NCBI GenBank assembly: GCA_050011495.1
Contig: JBEKIY010000002.1
Coordinates: forward strand, 1-31,739
Length of the DNA stretch: 31,739 bases
Direction of reading: 5' to 3'
Origin: Candidatus Saccharimonadales bacterium
Lineage (GTDB): Bacteria; Patescibacteriota; Saccharimonadia; Saccharimonadales; UBA4665
In this document: positions 27,634 to 31,739 of the stretch, piece after piece
Layout of the letters: each line of letters begins with the position of its first letter
Numbering within the stretch: the stretch's first letter is position 1
The notes under the pieces: generated by a model
What the model was told of the DNA's origin: nothing
Database searches by the model: none
The model's input: the letters and a program-made list of their open reading frames with translations, nothing else
Program-made: the position numbers and the translations under genes

Positions 27634-30444
27634 ATGAAATTTTATAAAGGCCAGCGACGATCCTTTAACCAATATGAACCAGATCTTGTAAATTATTGGC
27701 GCGAAAATAAGATATTTGAAAAATCAGTTAATCAAAGACCAGCTGATAATAGTTTTGTATTTTATGATGGTCCACCATTTATTACAGGGGTTCCGCATTA
27801 CGGAACTTTGTTAAGCAGTATTGTTAAAGATGCTGTACCGCGTTACTGGACAATGAAAGGGAAAAGAGTTGAAAGGGTATGGGGTTGGGATTGCCATGGG
27901 TTGCCGGCAGAAGTATATACCGAGCAAAAATTAGGCATAAAAGATAAGCGTGAAGTATATAAAATTGGACTTGAAAAGTATGTTATCGCCTGCCGAGAAA
28001 ATATGGTCCAAACAGGTTCAGTCTGGGAAAAAACTGTTGATCAAATTGGTCGTTGGGTCAATTTTAAGGGCGCCTATAAGACTATGGACAATAACTATAT
28101 GGAATCAGTCTGGTGGGCATTCAAAAAGTTATATGACGACGGTAAAATCTACGAAGGCGAGCGGGTTTTACTATATTGTACACGCGATGCTACGCCGTTA
28201 TCTAAAGCGGAAATAGCCCAAGATAATTCATACCAAGAAGTTACGGACCCGTCAGTCTATGTCAAATTTAAACTGGTTAATCGTCCCAATACCTATATGC
28301 TGGCTTGGACCACTACACCGTGGACGCTATTGGCAAATACCGCATTGGCGATAAATGAAAAGTTAGAATACGCTGAAGTTAAAATCAACGATGAAGTGTT
28401 TATTGTGGCGGCAGATTTAGTTGAAAAAGTACTCTCCAACAACAATAATAACGTAGTACCTTTTACTATAATAAAAAAATATAGTGGCAAAGTACTTCTT
28501 AAATTACACTATGAACCATTGTTTGAAAATCGTGGTAAAAATGCACACATAATTTATAATGCCGACTATGTTAGCCTAGAAGAAGGAACTGGAATCGTCC
28601 ATATCGCGCCAGCTTACGGCGAGGAAGACTATGAATTAGCAAAAAAGTATGAAATACCGGTTGTATCGGATGTTGATGACAATGGTTTTTATAATGAAGG
28701 TGAATGGAAGGACCAGAATATCTGGGAAGTTAATAAACTAATCGCAAAAACTCTACATGAGCGTAACATTGTTTGGAAGATTGATTATGTACAACACAGC
28801 TATCCTCACTGTTATCGTTGTGGTACTAGGTTGATGTATCGGGCCCACCCGAGTTGGTTTGTAAACATCAATCAACAACGCGAACTAATGTTAGAGCAAA
28901 ACAGTAAAATTAATTGGTTCCCAACGCATTTTAAAGAAGGCAGATTTACTAGTACATTGCTAACAGCACCTGATTGGAATATTTCTCGAGATCGTTTTTG
29001 GGCGACGCCATTACCAGTTTGGAGGGGAACAGATGAAAACGGTAAAGAGATTATTAAAGTTATAGGCAGTTATGATGAACTAGAACAGTTGCATCGGATA
29101 GATAAAGTTATGGACTGTTGGTTTGAATCAGGATCCATGCCATTCGCCCAATTTCATTATCCATTTGAGAATCAACAGAAATTCGAGGAAAATTTTCCTG
29201 GTGACTTTATAGCTGAACACGTTGGTCAAATAAGGGGATGGTTCTATTCATTACATGCAATATCAGTAGGGTTATTTGCCAAACCGGCATTTCACAACGT
29301 AATTGTTACCGGAACGATAATGGGCAACGATGGTCGAAAAATGAGTAAGTCATATGGGAACTTTACAGATCCTGAAAAGATAATAGGTCTTTACGGGGCT
29401 GATTCGTTGCGATATTTACTACTTTCTTCGCCAGTAATGAATGGTGAAGATTTTATAGTGCTTGATAAGGATGTCATTGATGTTTCGCGTCGGCTCAATA
29501 TGATCTGGAATATGTATGATTTCTTTACACTCTATGCATCGGTTGATAATTGGGAGACGGATAAAGTATTGTCTGACCCCTATGATAAAGTCACCAATTT
29601 ACTAGACAGATGGATAATTTCAAGGTTACATCAACTTATCCAAGATATTGATGGCGCAATGCAGAGGTATGACTTTCCTCAAGCGTTAAAGCCGGTCATG
29701 CTATTTATTGACGATGCCTCAAACTGGTATGTTAGACGAAGCCGCAAACGTTTTTGGAAAAGCACTAATGACACCGATAAGGACGATGCCTACATGACCC
29801 TATATTACGTGCTAGTACAATTAGCGGTTGTAATGGCGCCATTTACGCCATTCCTCTCAGAAGAACTTTATCGCCTGCTAACTGGATCGGAATCTGTCCA
29901 TCTGTGTAATTGGCCACAAGCAGGGCATATAAATGACACATTAATCAGTGAAATGGCTATGACGCGAGAACTAATTACTCAAGGTCTTGCTCAAAGAGCC
30001 GATAAACAGATAAAGGTCCGCCAGCCACTATCCAAGGCAACAATTACAATTCCATCGCAGTTTGTTGAGTTTAAAAAGAATGAATTATCCTCGGTAATAG
30101 CAGACGAATTAAACATAAAAGAAATAGCCACTAAGATCGGTAAAAATGCTTCAATTTCAATTGACACTAAATTAACAGATGCTTTGGTTAGCGAAGGGCT
30201 AGCCAGAGAAATTATCAGACATGTTCAACAAACCCGTAAAGAAGCTGGTTTTAATGTAGAAGATAGAATTACACTAATGATCGACAGCAACAATGCTAAA
30301 ATAATGGATTCTCTAGCTGAATATAGAGATCTAATCATGCAAGAAACCCTAGCAGCAACTATAAGTAACAAAAAATCAGACGAAATGTTTAGTAAATCAG
30401 TAGAAATTAACAGTAGTAACGTTAACATTAATATTACTAAATAA
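27634..30444 (+). CDS. ileS: Isoleucyl-tRNA synthetase, type 2 (IleRS2)
   Basis: FYDGPPF, GWDCHGLP, WTTTPWTL, GTGIVH, DWNISRDRFW, DCWFESGSMP, QIRGWFY and KMSKS; no C-terminal Zn finger; SD GAGGAG. Confidence 0.96.
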   Translation: MKFYKGQRRSFNQYEPDLVNYWRENKIFEKSVNQRPADNSFVFYDGPPFITGVPHYGTLLSSIVKDAVPRYWTMKGKRVERVWGWDCHGLPAEVYTEQKLGIKDKREVYKIGLEKYVIACRENMVQTGSVWEKTVDQIGRWVNFKGAYKTMDNNYMESVWWAFKKLYDDGKIYEGERVLLYCTRDATPLSKAEIAQDNSYQEVTDPSVYVKFKLVNRPNTYMLAWTTTPWTLLANTALAINEKLEYAEVKINDEVFIVAADLVEKVLSNNNNNVVPFTIIKKYSGKVLLKLHYEPLFENRGKNAHIIYNADYVSLEEGTGIVHIAPAYGEEDYELAKKYEIPVVSDVDDNGFYNEGEWKDQNIWEVNKLIAKTLHERNIVWKIDYVQHSYPHCYRCGTRLMYRAHPSWFVNINQQRELMLEQNSKINWFPTHFKEGRFTSTLLTAPDWNISRDRFWATPLPVWRGTDENGKEIIKVIGSYDELEQLHRIDKVMDCWFESGSMPFAQFHYPFENQQKFEENFPGDFIAEHVGQIRGWFYSLHAISVGLFAKPAFHNVIVTGTIMGNDGRKMSKSYGNFTDPEKIIGLYGADSLRYLLLSSPVMNGEDFIVLDKDVIDVSRRLNMIWNMYDFFTLYASVDNWETDKVLSDPYDKVTNLLDRWIISRLHQLIQDIDGAMQRYDFPQALKPVMLFIDDASNWYVRRSRKRFWKSTNDTDKDDAYMTLYYVLVQLAVVMAPFTPFLSEELYRLLTGSESVHLCNWPQAGHINDTLISEMAMTRELITQGLAQRADKQIKVRQPLSKATITIPSQFVEFKKNELSSVIADELNIKEIATKIGKNASISIDTKLTDALVSEGLAREIIRHVQQTRKEAGFNVEDRITLMIDSNNAKIMDSLAEYRDLIMQETLAATISNKKSDEMFSKSVEINSSNVNINITK

Positions 30445-30606
30445 TAGAATTGGAAAAGACCAATATAACTACTTGAAACCAGACTAATAATTAATTAAAC
30501 ATTGAATTAGTATTCTTAATTAAACTATATGTGTTTTACAGATAAGATTTATTGTGTTAACATAACAGATGACAATAAAATTTAGAGTTATAATTGGTAA
30601 AAATAT

Positions 30607-30933
30607 ATGAAAAAAGCTGTGTTGGCCATTGGCGGAAAACAATACCTCGTTACAGAAAATCAAATTCTAGAAATAGAATTATTAAAAGTTATTAATAGTA
30701 AAACAGATAAGAAAGTAGATTTTCAACCTTTGTTAGTTATTGATGAAAAAAATAATTTTATTGGTAAACCTACTTTAGGCACCTATAAAGTTAATGCTGA
30801 AATAGTAGACTCAAATATATTATCTGATAAAGTAACATCTATAAGATATAAAGCTAAAAAACGAGTACATAAAGTACACGGCCATCGTCAGAATTTAACT
30901 CGAATAAAAATAACTGAAATAATTAAGAGCTAA
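30607..30933 (+). CDS. rplU: Ribosomal protein L21
   Basis: GGKQYLV, GKPTL, RYKAKKR..K..GHRQ.LT..KI. Confidence 0.93.
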   Translation: MKKAVLAIGGKQYLVTENQILEIELLKVINSKTDKKVDFQPLLVIDEKNNFIGKPTLGTYKVNAEIVDSNILSDKVTSIRYKAKKRVHKVHGHRQNLTRIKITEIIKS

Positions 30934-31251
30934 CTTTTAAATTTAATTGTGGATAAATCATATAAAATTTATTCACTAATAAATAATCTGGGTAATTAAA
31001 ACAACGTAGTTCTATCCCATAAAATACTAAAAGAATTTAATATTTGATAGCATTGTATCTGTTATATAAAATTAGTCGTTGTATATTACACAATTAAATA
31101 GGTAATTATATATTGGTTTTAGTGAGTAAAATTCGAAACAAAATCTTGTTCTATTTATCCTTGTCAACTCTGTTGGCATAAAGGATAATATTAATCAGGT
31201 TTACAAAATAGTCTGAGCATAAGACTAAAAACCAAAACAAAACAAATTTTA

Positions 31252-31739
31252 ATGCACAAAAATACACCGTTGAAACGAGTACTGTTAAGTTACGTGGTAA
31301 AACCACTATTTTTTGTTTTTCTAGGAATATTATTCTTCGTTTCAACAAATGATTTACAGCCGATTACGCTTGTAAATGCCACGCCCCCTAATACGACTCT
31401 GAATTTTCAGGCTAGATTAATGACTATAGCTGGCGCGATAGTTCCAGATGGCAACTATAATGTAGAGTTTAAAATTTATAATGCTGCCACTAGTACTGGT
31501 TCGTCGCAAGGGACATGTTCTGGAGATAGCAATTGTTTGTGGGTAGAAACGCGAACAGGAGCTAATGTTGTGCGGGTATATAACGGTTATTTATCAGTTA
31601 GTCTAGGCAGCGTAAATAATACACTTGCAAGTTTAAACTGGGATCAACAATTGTGGTTAGGGGTTAATATCGGAGGTACCGGAACGCCGAGTTGGGATGG
31701 AGAAATGACGCCACGGATACAGTTAACTACTTCACCCTA
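31252..31739 (+). CDS. N-terminus of a secreted/surface protein (3' truncated; absent from ORF track)
   Basis: Open frame MHKNTPLKRVLLSYVVKPLFFVFLGILFFVS (basic + hydrophobic), then TTLNFQARL..G..VPDGNYNVEFKIY...LW.ET...NGYLSV.LGS...LWLGVNI...GEMTPRIQLT to the window end, with no stop codon. Confidence 0.8.
   Translation, partial: MHKNTPLKRVLLSYVVKPLFFVFLGILFFVSTNDLQPITLVNATPPNTTLNFQARLMTIAGAIVPDGNYNVEFKIYNAATSTGSSQGTCSGDSNCLWVETRTGANVVRVYNGYLSVSLGSVNNTLASLNWDQQLWLGVNIGGTGTPSWDGEMTPRIQLTTSP

Noticed and set aside
28438-28452. AAC/AAT run encoding NNNNN in ileS
   Set aside because: Short, mixed codons, in frame, in a variable loop; no sign of phase variation.
30491-30525. Direct repeat TTAATTAAAC x2
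   Set aside because: Two copies in extremely AT-rich DNA; not distinguishable from chance.
30948-30977. Perfect DnaA box TGTGGATAA (30948-30956) plus degenerate TTATTCACT as a possible oriC
   Set aside because: One perfect box only, with no cluster and no dnaA/dnaN nearby in the window; insufficient.
31122-31181. 19-codon GTG ORF MSKIRNKILFYLSLSTLLA resembling a signal peptide
   Set aside because: Very short, no SD, and in a different frame from the downstream ORF; hydrophobic codons are expected in T-rich DNA.
31151-31348. Minus-strand 65-aa ORF
   Set aside because: Overlaps the better-supported plus-strand ORF starting at 31252.

Overview
Core-genome segment of a Patescibacteria (CPR) bacterium, most likely Candidatus Saccharibacteria (TM7), judged from 16S signatures and gene content. 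Order: partial gyrB, gyrA, a complete rRNA locus (16S, tRNA-Ile, tRNA-Ala, 23S, 5S), a KGG-type small protein, an HExxH/Zn-ribbon protein, ROK kinase, rpsA, infB, a DUF5663-like protein, fmt, def, priA, a solo winged-helix protein, rpsU, yqeY, adk, map, ftsA, ftsZ, nrdR, nrdJ (class II RNR), a Cys-less thioredoxin-like protein, ileS (type 2), rplU, and the start of a secreted/surface protein that is missing from the ORF track. The 23S carries a 753-nt group I intron at the I-CreI site (E. coli 2593) encoding a LAGLIDADG endonuclease. The most interesting signals are non-coding. (1) An ileS T-box riboswitch has the ultrashort Stem I architecture known from Actinobacteria and an apparently non-canonical switch that uses Stem III. 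(2) The rRNA locus looks physically linked but has an internal terminator and separate promoters for 16S, tRNAs and 23S, plus a recurrent CTTAAAAAT motif. (3) Several housekeeping genes appear to be leaderless. (4) Tandem NrdR boxes overlap the nrdR-nrdJ promoter. All assignments come from reading the sequence by eye; no searches or folding programs were run.
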